This document shows positions 28,734 through 38,543 of a stretch of DNA of 64,000 bases, in pieces (position 1 is the first letter of the stretch; each line of letters opens with the position of its first letter). The translations under genes were made by a program, and so were the position numbers. The notes under the pieces were generated by a model, which saw only the letters and a program-made list of their open reading frames with translations, was not told the origin of the DNA and made no database searches. The stretch comes from a virus (Duplodnaviria; Caudoviricetes): positions 8,962 to 72,961 of the IMG/VR virus record IMGVR_UViG_2595698404_000001; one strand, 5' to 3'.

Positions 28734-29984
28734 ATGAAATATTTATTTATTTTACTTTTTCCGTTATTTTTAAATAGTCAAATACCAGGAACTGATGGTA
28801 CAGGCTCAGTTGATGACACATCAGCGCTACAATCATGGATAGATAGTGGTAGTTTAACTAAGCCTTTAGGTAATGAAATATATTTAGTTTCAGAAACTTT
28901 AGATATAGACCAAATTGGAGCGCAAGAAGTAGATTTCAATGGAGCTACAATAACAGTAAATAGTGTAGCAGATAGATACGCAATTTTAATAGATAAACCA
29001 GATAGAAGTTTATCTACACTTAAGAATCTAACTATAGATGGAAATGATTTTCAAAGAAATGGTATTAAGGTCGAGTCTCCTGTTTTTGCGGATAATGTAG
29101 ATATATTAGATTTTTATTCCAGTACAGTCAGTATTATTGGCTGGGCTATAAATATTAACTTAACAAATTACGGTGATTTCACTTTTACTAATTGCGATGT
29201 CACAAAAATGTATAGCGAATATAATAGTATTATAGGTGATGTCCTTGGATCAGCTAGAGCTTATGACATTCAAGTTAGCGCTATGCCTCCTAATACTTTT
29301 ACCGTATTGATAGAGGATTTTGTGTGGAATGGATTTTATGGTGATGATGGAGGGCCTATTAGAGTAGACGATAATACAAGCGAGAATATGTCTATTACAA
29401 ATAACTCAGTTACTTTAAAAAATGGAAGTGTAACAGCTTTTACTAGAAGAGGTATTAAAATGGCTATGGATAATATAACTATTGATAATGTTTTTTACAA
29501 ATCAATAACAACATCCAATCCATTTTATCAATATGCAGAGCCAGCAGGGTTGATAGGGGCTAGACCACTTGACACTGATCCAAATGGACTCCTTGATAAT
29601 ATAGTTATTAAAAACTGTACATTTGATGGAAGTGGAAATTATCCTTGGGCTTTAATTGATAAAGCAAATGCTAAATGGAGTAATAACACTTTTGTAAATG
29701 GCGCAGGTATTAGAATAGGGAATATAGGCAATTCTGAAATTGGCGACGTGGTTATATGCGGAAGTAATTTTGGCTCAGGTAGTAAAATACATCAACAATT
29801 AACAACTGTATCAAATAAAGCAGGTACTAATATAATTATTGACAGTAATAATATTGCGGACTCAAATTATCTAGAGTTCACTACTCTTAATTATATTGAA
29901 CAAGTTGTTTCGGATTGTATCACTTACGAACCAGAACCAAGCACATCAACAAGAAACCAAAAATTAATTTATTGGAGATATTAA
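28734..29984 (+). CDS. Beta-helix (pectin-lyase fold) protein with signal peptide
   Basis: GSVDDTSALQSWID; LKNLTIDGN; NIVIKNCTFDG. Confidence 0.7.
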   Translation: MKYLFILLFPLFLNSQIPGTDGTGSVDDTSALQSWIDSGSLTKPLGNEIYLVSETLDIDQIGAQEVDFNGATITVNSVADRYAILIDKPDRSLSTLKNLTIDGNDFQRNGIKVESPVFADNVDILDFYSSTVSIIGWAININLTNYGDFTFTNCDVTKMYSEYNSIIGDVLGSARAYDIQVSAMPPNTFTVLIEDFVWNGFYGDDGGPIRVDDNTSENMSITNNSVTLKNGSVTAFTRRGIKMAMDNITIDNVFYKSITTSNPFYQYAEPAGLIGARPLDTDPNGLLDNIVIKNCTFDGSGNYPWALIDKANAKWSNNTFVNGAGIRIGNIGNSEIGDVVICGSNFGSGSKIHQQLTTVSNKAGTNIIIDSNNIADSNYLEFTTLNYIEQVVSDCITYEPEPSTSTRNQKLIYWRY

Positions 29985-29995
29985 ATATAGAAATT

Positions 29996-30271
29996 ATGAC
30001 AAAATTAATAGAAAAAACACAATCAAAAGCAGAGAACTATTGGATATTATTCTTTAGAATACCTGGACTATTTTTATTCTTTCTTCCGTTTATTCCTGTA
30101 ACTATGGGGTATATTAATTCTAACGTTGATAAGGTTAGATTAGACGGTGGAGATTGGCAATTACTTGGATTAGGATTTTTCCTAGTTTGGGGAAGCTCTT
30201 ATTTTGGTATTTTAGGAAACAAATTAGGAATGTTCTTATCTAGCAAGTTTGGATTAAACAATAAAGAGTAA
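29996..30271 (+). CDS. Holin-like membrane protein
   Basis: Two hydrophobic helices; upstream of the endolysin. Confidence 0.5.
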   Translation: MTKLIEKTQSKAENYWILFFRIPGLFLFFLPFIPVTMGYINSNVDKVRLDGGDWQLLGLGFFLVWGSSYFGILGNKLGMFLSSKFGLNNKE

Positions 30272-30378
30272 GGATATGAAAACATTAATAGCAATATCTA
30301 TTATATGCTTGATTATTCAATACTTCCTAGAAGACACTAAATCAAGCAGAGATAATACACCGAAAACAGATCCATAGA

Positions 30379-31025
30379 ATGTACAATAAAATCCCCCCTT
30401 TTTTTTGGGAACAACAAAATTTGTAAGTAGATACAACTATAAAAGGAGGATTTTAGCTTTCAGGTTGCGTTGCGCAAAAAAAAGATTGAGACAGAAAGCT
30501 TGGGTAAGAAGAATAATACGTAGCAAAGTATTGGTTTATGTTCCTGTAGCCATGCTTTCTATTAAGCTTTACATAGAGAGAGAGGCTAGAGTTACTGCAG
30601 AAGTAAAGGCGGCACTATACGAAAGCCAGGCAAAGAGCACAATTAAAACCTTTGATGATATGAAGGTTAGTTATTTCGAGAAGCTTTTAAGAAAGAACTA
30701 CTTCATAATGCTAGGCACTAATGATTATTATGACAAACAGTTTACAAGTAGACTTGGTTTTGAAGGAATAGATTATTTAGGAAAAAAAGATTCAGATTTA
30801 CAAGACACTACAAGCGCGTATGGATATTCTAAAAGCGATATGAAGGTTGTATACTCTTTAGATCGAGAATGGTTCCGAGAATACTTTATAGTAAAGAAAG
30901 ATACTCAGGAGTTAGCTGTATTCAAATTTTGTAGAATAGAACTAAATAAAGATACAGTGGTAGGAGGACTTCCTTTTGATATGGAAAAACTAAAAAAAGA
31001 ATTAAAACTTAAAGACATAGAATGA
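30379..31025 (+). CDS. Membrane protein with PAS-like domain (frameshift at C6T8, 30393-30406)
   Basis: TM segment, then NDYY...DYLGKKDSDL...YSKSDMKV PAS_4-like pattern; ATG at 30379 is out of frame by -1. Confidence 0.5.
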
Positions 31026-31528
31026 AAGTTTCAGGAATAATTGCATTTATCTTAGCTATAGTGATGACCATTATAAGCAAGGCCCCTAGTTTTTCACAAC
31101 TAGCGTTAACATTATACACACCATTATTGGACGGTTTTTTGTTTTGTATTGCATTAGCGTTTTTAATACGCTCTAAGGATGCTTTAAATAGAAACGATGT
31201 GATACTATGGAAGTGCGAAACTAAGTACTTTGACATACTTAGCTGCGTGTTTTTTGGACTTATATTGATTACTCCGGTAACACATACAGAAGAGTTTATT
31301 CAAATAGCGCACATGATAGCTACCGGAATGGCAATATTAATAAGCTACACAGCTTTAGTTGCTCAACAAATTGATAGGATGATGAAAGCCGGAAGTATTA
31401 TAGGTGTTGTTGTTGGAGGTGTTGGATTTTTGATTGGGTTCTTAACTCCATATTACAGCACAGGAGAAGGCGAATTAATAGCTTCATTGCCATTGGCAGT
31501 TCACATGTTCTTTACCAAAACAAAATAG
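31022..31528 (+). CDS. Multi-pass membrane protein
   Basis: 5-6 hydrophobic segments. Confidence 0.7.
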   Translation: MKVSGIIAFILAIVMTIISKAPSFSQLALTLYTPLLDGFLFCIALAFLIRSKDALNRNDVILWKCETKYFDILSCVFFGLILITPVTHTEEFIQIAHMIATGMAILISYTALVAQQIDRMMKAGSIIGVVVGGVGFLIGFLTPYYSTGEGELIASLPLAVHMFFTKTK

Positions 31529-31573
31529 TATACATAAAGCTATATTTTAAAATATAAAAACATACATATTATT

Positions 31574-32119
31574 ATGAACTTAGATTATTATAAAAATATA
31601 GTAAGAAATCACCCAGAGGAATTTGAGCTATTCAAGAATAAGTTCTTTCCTATTGTGATGAAGTGGGAAGGTGGGGGCGAACTTCACAACGTTAAAGGTG
31701 ATTCTGGAGGATGGACTGTTTGGGGAATAGCATACAACTATAACAAAGCTCTATTCGATGATTTTAATGACTTTAAAGACACAACATTAGAAGAAGCTGC
31801 GTATATTGCATTTGTAAAGTATTACTTGGCGGCCAACGCAGAATTGGTACCAATGGATTCGAAGCTATACTATTTTGATATGTGCTATAACATGGGCGTA
31901 TCAAGAGGTATTAAGATACTTCAAAAATGTATAGGTGTTAATGCCGATGGTAGAATTGGAAACATTACCAAGTCAAAAATACACAATGTAACAGAGTGCT
32001 GTTTGATGATCGAAAGAAATAAGTTCTATAATAGGCTAGTTGAAAACAACTATAAAATGGGGAAATTCATTAAAGGTTGGTTAAATAGAAGTAAGGGAAT
32101 ATTTGATTTTAAATACTAA
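31574..32119 (+). CDS. Endolysin, glycoside hydrolase family 108
   Basis: WEGG...DSGGWTVWGI; C-terminal KFIKGWLNR PG-binding motif. Confidence 0.92.
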   Translation: MNLDYYKNIVRNHPEEFELFKNKFFPIVMKWEGGGELHNVKGDSGGWTVWGIAYNYNKALFDDFNDFKDTTLEEAAYIAFVKYYLAANAELVPMDSKLYYFDMCYNMGVSRGIKILQKCIGVNADGRIGNITKSKIHNVTECCLMIERNKFYNRLVENNYKMGKFIKGWLNRSKGIFDFKY

Positions 32120-32284
32120 TGCTATGACAGACGATGAATGGTATGGTGAAGTATTCAAAACAGGAACAATGCAAGATGTGATGGACTTGAAAAGCATCCT
32201 AATAAAAGAAGGAGACTTTTTATTGGCCGCAGCTTGTGATGGAAGATTAAAAGAATTACGAATTAAAAATTCAGACTGTTAGTT

Positions 32285-32566
32285 ATGACAAAAACGATAG
32301 CAATAATAGCAATTACAATACTAATTACATCCTTAATTTGGTGGTTTGGAATAAATCCAGTATCAGATAAATCGTACATTAATGTAATAAAAGAGAAAGA
32401 TAGTATAATTTTGGTGCAAAAAAATATTATCTTAGACGCGTATAAGGATATTAACGACTCAATACAATATGGAAAAGACATCCAACACATCAAAAAACTT
32501 CATGATCGTTATCCTGATGATGCTATTCTCGATAGCTTGCTTCGCGCAGGACAAGAATTACGTTAG
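32285..32566 (+). CDS. Spanin-like inner-membrane protein
   Basis: N-terminal TM; follows the endolysin; overlaps the next ORF. Confidence 0.5.
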   Translation: MTKTIAIIAITILITSLIWWFGINPVSDKSYINVIKEKDSIILVQKNIILDAYKDINDSIQYGKDIQHIKKLHDRYPDDAILDSLLRAGQELR

Positions 32567-32837
32567 TGTTCATAGAGATAGTTTGTATAACGCTTTACTT
32601 AATATTTCTGAACTAAAGGTTGAGAATGCATTTTTAAGGAAAAAGAACGATAATCAAAAAGTAATCATAACTGCTCAAGAAATAATCATTTCCGAAACAG
32701 AATTTAAAACTGAAATACTGACTAAGCAAATAAGCATAGAACAAAGTACCGGCACTAAAAAATGGTGGAATGGTTTTGGTAAAGGAGTTGCTACGGGAGG
32801 TGTAATAGTTTTAGGGTTATTCTTAGGGTTAAAATAA
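32502..32837 (+). CDS. Spanin-like partner (signal, coiled coil, C-terminal TM)
   Basis: MIVILMMLFSIACFAQ...GVIVLGLFLGLK. Confidence 0.5.
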   Translation: MIVILMMLFSIACFAQDKNYVSVHRDSLYNALLNISELKVENAFLRKKNDNQKVIITAQEIIISETEFKTEILTKQISIEQSTGTKKWWNGFGKGVATGGVIVLGLFLGLK

Positions 32838-32842
32838 GTTTT

Positions 32843-33445
32843 ATGAAGGGATTAAATCATTTTATAGTACACATACCAGAGAAGTGGAGTCAAACATATA
32901 AGACTGAAAGCGGACTCGAATTGCATGCAGATAGAAGGTTTTCTTTAAGACAAGTAGGTAATACCATTGTGAAGGTAATTGAAACTCCATACAACTACTA
33001 TGGCCCCGTTAAGATTGGAGACACACTATTTATCGATGTAAATGCATTGTCTCAACAATCGTATGTTATTGGAGGTGAATTAGAAAACCAACATCTAATT
33101 GATAGGGAGAAAAAATTATACAAAATTGATTCTTCTTTGATATTCGCGTATAAAGAAACTGATGATTCTGAATGGATAGGTTTTGAAGAGAGTATTTTAT
33201 GTAAAAGCATAAAGGAGGTTAAGGCAGAAAAAAAACCTAGCCTTATATATATCCCAGAAGATAACAAGGAGAAAACTATTGAAGGTAAATACATTGTAGA
33301 TGTTTTAAATCCTATAGCGGAATCAATGGGAATAAAAAAAGGAGATACTATTTATGTTGAGAAACATTTATTTTTAGATGTTAGGTTAGAAGATAAAGAG
33401 TATGTAAGAATTAGAGTTAGAGATATTTTGGGATTAGCAATTTAA
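32843..33445 (+). CDS. Tandem GroES-like protein
   Basis: TESGLEL..VKIGDTL and SLIYIP..GIKKGDTI..RVRDILG. Confidence 0.7.
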   Translation: MKGLNHFIVHIPEKWSQTYKTESGLELHADRRFSLRQVGNTIVKVIETPYNYYGPVKIGDTLFIDVNALSQQSYVIGGELENQHLIDREKKLYKIDSSLIFAYKETDDSEWIGFEESILCKSIKEVKAEKKPSLIYIPEDNKEKTIEGKYIVDVLNPIAESMGIKKGDTIYVEKHLFLDVRLEDKEYVRIRVRDILGLAI

Positions 33446-33455
33446 AACACAGAAA

Positions 33456-33755
33456 ATGAGTACGGAAAAGGGATTATCAAAATACTACAAAGAAAATATT
33501 CCTGATTTAATATTAGATTTGAAGGTAGCGGTTAGAAACAATAGAAGTGTTATTACACAATCTGTAGATAGCGATTTAAGTGAGGACAAGTATGTAAATG
33601 TGCTTAAGGCAAGAAGAATGGCGGCTGATGATACTATACACTTTTTAAAAGAAATAGATCGTCTTGAAAACGAATTAAACGAAGTAGAAGAAGTGGGTGT
33701 TTCTACTAAAAAGAAAATTACAAACCCTGCTAAAAAATACGCAAGTAAAGAATGA
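33456..33755 (+). CDS. Probable terminase small subunit
   Basis: Helical 99 aa protein overlapping the terL start. Confidence 0.55.
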   Translation: MSTEKGLSKYYKENIPDLILDLKVAVRNNRSVITQSVDSDLSEDKYVNVLKARRMAADDTIHFLKEIDRLENELNEVEEVGVSTKKKITNPAKKYASKE

Positions 33756-36079
33756 TATTTTATCTAGGAGAAAAAGTTAAGGGTGTTGTCGATAATAAGA
33801 CAAGATTAACCAAGAACAAATTACGTTCTTGGGAGTACGGCTATAATCCTGATTTAGACATTGTTATAATTTCAAGAGACGGAACATTAGGAGAAGTATT
33901 CAATATCCAAGGACTAAAAATTGGACTACCTCAACAGCCTGATTCTGAAGAAATAATCAACCACGGCAAAAACACATTCAGCCAAAAATGGAAACGAATA
34001 GATTTACCAACGGCATTAACCGATAAATCTATAGATAAAAAAGTTTCTGAAATATATTCTAGCGGTATTCCTAAAGATAAGGCCGAAGAAGAGGTTAACG
34101 AATACATGATAAATCTATTCGACGAACACGAAGATTTTATTGCTACTGAATACAAAAAAAGACACGAAGGCATTTGGATATACGTAAACGGGAATCCTGT
34201 TTATGTTCCAGGAACCTATTACTTCGGAGTTCAATGGGTTAAGGAAACAACTGATTTTCCTAACTTTAGAATAATACAAAACGAGTTAATGATATTTTGG
34301 GAGGCTTGTAAAGCCGATTCAAGATGTTATGGAATGCAGTACGTTAAGAATAGACGTATGGGAGCAACGCTACTTGGGATATTTGAGTTCTTAGAATCAG
34401 GAACTATTACCGAAGACAAGATTTTAGGTATGATTTCTAAAAAAGGGGATGATGCAAAGAAGATATTTAGAAGACTTGTAACCGCTTTTAAGAGATTGCC
34501 GGCATTCTTTAAACCTGTTACCGATGGCACCAACACTCCGAAGAAAGAACTAGTCTTTGAAGAACCAACGAAAAGAAGAGGCCGCGGAGACGTAAGTACT
34601 AACGAAGGTTTAAGCACTTATATTTCTTGGCACAATACCGATATGAACTCGATGGATGGGGATGCGATATTCAGATCCATACTAGATGAAAGCGGTAAGT
34701 ACCCACCAGATGTAAAATTTAGCGAATATTGGTCAATTGTAAAAACTTCTCACCGTAAAGGAGTTAAGATTACTGGAAAATCTATGGTAGTTTCTACTGT
34801 AAACTCACTAAAAAAAGGTGGTGGAGAATACAAAAAAGTATGGGACACTAGCGATTTACTTGATAGAAACCCTAACGGACAAACAAAATCTGGACTATAC
34901 AGAATATTTATACCTGCAAAATTCTGTTTAGAAGGAATGTTTGACGAGTATGGATTTAGTATTATTAAAGATCCAGAGAAGCCAATTAAAACAGACGAAG
35001 GAACCATTGTATCTATTGGTTCAGAATCTTGGTTAAGAAACGAAGAAGAAGCATTAAAAGGTGATCCTGAAAAGTATAACGAACAAAGAAGACAGTTTCC
35101 CGACACTATAAAGGATGCGTTCAGGGATGCAAGTAACGATTGTGAATTTAATCTACCTAAGATTTTAGAGCAAATGGAACACTGTGAATTTGAGTTAAAT
35201 GACAGATGGACTATTGAAAGAGATTTTTTAGGTAACGATGACTTAGAGCGCGGAAACTTTACATGGAAAGACGGTATTAAAGATACAGAAGTTGTATGGA
35301 GGCCAGATCCAGAAAATGGAAGATTCTTTATAAAAAAAGGATGTCACCCACCAATAGAGTATAGAAACAAGCATGAAGAAAAGTATAAAAACGGATCCCT
35401 TGGCAAAGCTCCTTTAGCAGAACATATAGGAGGTTTCGGAGTCGATCCGTATAACAGAAGTATTAATGCCGATGGTAGAGGTTCTAAGGGTAGTATTATT
35501 GGTACCACTAAAACAAATACAGCAGATAACTTCCCTAACGACTTAATGTTTTTAGAATACATAGACAGACCAAAGAAAGTTAAGCTATTCTTTGAGGACG
35601 TAATTATGTGCTCCGTTTATTTCTCAATGCCATTTTTAGCAGAGCAATCTAACGACCAGTTTTTGGCATACGTAAAAGACCGAGGGTATAGACATTATAG
35701 TGCGAACAATCCATTTAAAGTTTATAATGATTTAACTCCACAAGAAAAAGAATTTGGTGGAGCTCCGCAACAAGATTCTAAAATTGGAGAAGGACAGTTT
35801 TATGCCACGGAAGCATTTGTAGAAGACCAACTAGGAGTTGCTAGGGACGCAAGCAATAGAGCTGTAGGGAAGATAGGAGATATGCCGTTCACTAGGACAC
35901 TTATTCAAATAAAAGACGTAGAAACATCAAACAGAACGAAATACGATGCATATATCGCATTCTCACTTTCAAGGTTGCTTAACCAAAAAAGAGTAAAAAA
36001 AGAAACAACAAAACCTCAACCAGTATTTATTCCATTCCAGAAATATGACAATTCAGGTGGAATGTCAAAAAGATTATAA
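33752..36079 (+). CDS. terL: Terminase large subunit
   Basis: KNRRMGAT (Walker A), ILDESGK (Walker B), VSTVN (motif III), GVDPY nuclease motif. Confidence 0.92.
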   Translation: MIFYLGEKVKGVVDNKTRLTKNKLRSWEYGYNPDLDIVIISRDGTLGEVFNIQGLKIGLPQQPDSEEIINHGKNTFSQKWKRIDLPTALTDKSIDKKVSEIYSSGIPKDKAEEEVNEYMINLFDEHEDFIATEYKKRHEGIWIYVNGNPVYVPGTYYFGVQWVKETTDFPNFRIIQNELMIFWEACKADSRCYGMQYVKNRRMGATLLGIFEFLESGTITEDKILGMISKKGDDAKKIFRRLVTAFKRLPAFFKPVTDGTNTPKKELVFEEPTKRRGRGDVSTNEGLSTYISWHNTDMNSMDGDAIFRSILDESGKYPPDVKFSEYWSIVKTSHRKGVKITGKSMVVSTVNSLKKGGGEYKKVWDTSDLLDRNPNGQTKSGLYRIFIPAKFCLEGMFDEYGFSIIKDPEKPIKTDEGTIVSIGSESWLRNEEEALKGDPEKYNEQRRQFPDTIKDAFRDASNDCEFNLPKILEQMEHCEFELNDRWTIERDFLGNDDLERGNFTWKDGIKDTEVVWRPDPENGRFFIKKGCHPPIEYRNKHEEKYKNGSLGKAPLAEHIGGFGVDPYNRSINADGRGSKGSIIGTTKTNTADNFPNDLMFLEYIDRPKKVKLFFEDVIMCSVYFSMPFLAEQSNDQFLAYVKDRGYRHYSANNPFKVYNDLTPQEKEFGGAPQQDSKIGEGQFYATEAFVEDQLGVARDASNRAVGKIGDMPFTRTLIQIKDVETSNRTKYDAYIAFSLSRLLNQKRVKKETTKPQPVFIPFQKYDNSGGMSKRL

Positions 36080-36082
36080 GCC

Positions 36083-38521
36083 ATGAACACAACAGAAAGA
36101 AAATTTAGCCTTGCTTCTGGAATTACTCCGGATCCGTTAGCCTCTTATGCCGAAAAACTAGATCCTCAATACGGATTAAAATACGCCATGACTATTCAAC
36201 AAGAATGGTTTAATGGAGGTATGATTACTAAAGACTGCGATTTTATGTCTAGGCATAATTGGGTTAGAGAAATGCGTCTTTACAATAGAGGTGAACAAGG
36301 AATACAACCATACAAGGATATTGCCGCAAGACAGAATGAAGACCTGGAATGGATGAACATGGATTGGACTATCATAAATGTTCTGAACAAGTTCAACAAT
36401 GTTGTTCGCAATGGTATTTCTGATGAAAACTACAACCTAGACATTCGTTCTGCAGATAGATTTTCTTTATTACAAAGAGAAAAGAACATTTTACGCCACA
36501 AAAAAAACATGGCTAACAAGGAAATGTTTGAAAAAGCGAAAGCAATGGGACTTCCTGACCTTATGCCACAAGGATTTATACCAGAAGACGAGGAAGAAAT
36601 GACTCTTTATTCTGAAATAAAAGAACGTCCAAAGCAAGAAATAGCAGAAGAAATACTAATTAAGTTCGTTAAAAATGTAAGCGGATGGAACCATATCAAA
36701 AAAGAAACTGATAAGGATGCTGTATTGGTTGATTTACAAGTAGCAAGAGTTTACACTGACCCTAACAACGGTGTTATGACAACTTATGTTGATCCAGAAA
36801 ACTTCGTACATAGCTATACTGAAAAGAATGATTTTTCTGATACATACTATTTCGGTGTTGTAGATACTATAACTATCAACGATATACGAAGAGAAAGCGG
36901 ATATTCTGATACGGTATGTAGAGAAATTGCTAAAACTTACTCCGGTGATAATTCTCAAAGTGGAATAGCAAATTTTGATGAATGCGATATGGACCAATTA
37001 CTTGATTTTAAAATTCAAGTTCTACGATTCACTTTCAAATCTGACAAAAAACAAGTATACAAAGCATACTACGATAGAAAAGGAAAACTTAAAAAAGTAT
37101 CTAAAAGAGATGAGAACTATGAAGTTCCTGAAGGATCTGAAAAAAGTAAACTAGAACAAGGATTAGATACTTGGTACGAAGGAAACTATATAGTTGGAAG
37201 TGATAAGTATGTTTATGGATATAAAGAGTCTGAAAACACTACATTCGATGCTATGGATCGCGTATTACCTCCATTCATAGCACAAGCTTCTGAATTATAT
37301 AAGAACAAATTAAGGTCATTCCAGAGTAACGTTATTCCTATAGCTAATCAAATGCAATATGTGCACTTGAAAATGCAACATTTAATGTCTGAGTTAAAGC
37401 CCGACTTGATTGAATTAGATATTGACCAACTAGCACAGTTAACTACTGACATGAAAGATGGTGATTCTAAACAAGAGAATTGGAAAATGGCTTTATCCAT
37501 ATTAAACGCTAAGGGTGTTGTTCTTAAGAAAAGAATACAGATGGGTGACGAAGGCATCAAAGACGGTGCTAGCGCAAGGCCAATGGGTAACCAACAAGGT
37601 TCTGCATTAACTATCCTATTAAATCTTTGGGCACACTACTACAATTTAATCAGAGAGACAACAGGAATTAACCCTGCTATGGACGGTTCTTTATCTGAGG
37701 ATGCTCTTGTAGGTGTAAACCAATTAATGAAGTTAGCAGGTAACTCCGCAACAAAACACATAGCAGATGCAGCCGTTTCATTCGATAAAAGAGTATCAGA
37801 AACTATAAGTTCTAGGCTTAAATCTATATTCACTTTAAAGAAGGAAGCATCCCATTTAATTAAGATGTATGAGCAAGCTGTAGGTAAGCATAATGTGGAC
37901 GCATTAGAAACTTTGAAAAATAGAAGCAATTTTGAGTTCGGATTTACCGTAGAATTAGTACCTTCGAAAGAAGAACTAGCAGAACTTAGAGAAGATTTAG
38001 GAATTGCACTAAACGAAGGGACTATAGATGTGTCTGAAAAATCTGATATTATGCGCATTGCCAGAGGTAATATGAAGCAAGCTGTAGAGTATATGAGGTT
38101 TGTAAGGACTCGTAAGATTAAAGAGAGAATGAAAGAAAATGCATACAATCAAAAATTGCAATCTCAATCTAATGCGGAAGCAGCACAGGTTAAAATGCAG
38201 GGAGATTTACAATTATTGCAAATGAAAGCTCAAATAGAACTTCAAAAAGAAGGAAACTTATCAACATTAAGAGTAAAAGAGCATTTCCAAAAACTACAAG
38301 TTGAAGCACCTGTAAGACAAGAATCTTTCCAACAAGACGTTTATATAGAGCAAATCAAGAATTTACAAACAATAAACTTAACAAAATACAAAGAAGACGC
38401 TAAATCGGATAGAGAAATCGAGAATAGTACTCGACAAAGTAAAATGATAGACCAAAGATTAAAAGATAAAGGTCCTATCGATTTTTCTAAAAAATTCAGC
38501 CTAGAAAGTTTAATCGGTTAA
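36083..38521 (+). CDS. Portal protein
   Basis: 812 aa directly after terL; IRETTGINPAMDG motif; long C-terminal coiled coil. Confidence 0.85.
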   Translation: MNTTERKFSLASGITPDPLASYAEKLDPQYGLKYAMTIQQEWFNGGMITKDCDFMSRHNWVREMRLYNRGEQGIQPYKDIAARQNEDLEWMNMDWTIINVLNKFNNVVRNGISDENYNLDIRSADRFSLLQREKNILRHKKNMANKEMFEKAKAMGLPDLMPQGFIPEDEEEMTLYSEIKERPKQEIAEEILIKFVKNVSGWNHIKKETDKDAVLVDLQVARVYTDPNNGVMTTYVDPENFVHSYTEKNDFSDTYYFGVVDTITINDIRRESGYSDTVCREIAKTYSGDNSQSGIANFDECDMDQLLDFKIQVLRFTFKSDKKQVYKAYYDRKGKLKKVSKRDENYEVPEGSEKSKLEQGLDTWYEGNYIVGSDKYVYGYKESENTTFDAMDRVLPPFIAQASELYKNKLRSFQSNVIPIANQMQYVHLKMQHLMSELKPDLIELDIDQLAQLTTDMKDGDSKQENWKMALSILNAKGVVLKKRIQMGDEGIKDGASARPMGNQQGSALTILLNLWAHYYNLIRETTGINPAMDGSLSEDALVGVNQLMKLAGNSATKHIADAAVSFDKRVSETISSRLKSIFTLKKEASHLIKMYEQAVGKHNVDALETLKNRSNFEFGFTVELVPSKEELAELREDLGIALNEGTIDVSEKSDIMRIARGNMKQAVEYMRFVRTRKIKERMKENAYNQKLQSQSNAEAAQVKMQGDLQLLQMKAQIELQKEGNLSTLRVKEHFQKLQVEAPVRQESFQQDVYIEQIKNLQTINLTKYKEDAKSDREIENSTRQSKMIDQRLKDKGPIDFSKKFSLESLIG

Positions 38522-38543
38522 AACAAAAACTAAACATTACATT

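Noticed and set aside
21382-29984. Diversity-generating retroelement acting on the fibre genes
   Set aside because: No reverse transcriptase in the window; the only repeat is exact and at the 5' ends, with no adenine-specific mismatches.
33931-38148. Minus-strand ORFs in terminase/portal (and likewise in tail and ejection genes)
   Set aside because: Ser/Leu/Phe-rich antisense shadows of long genes.
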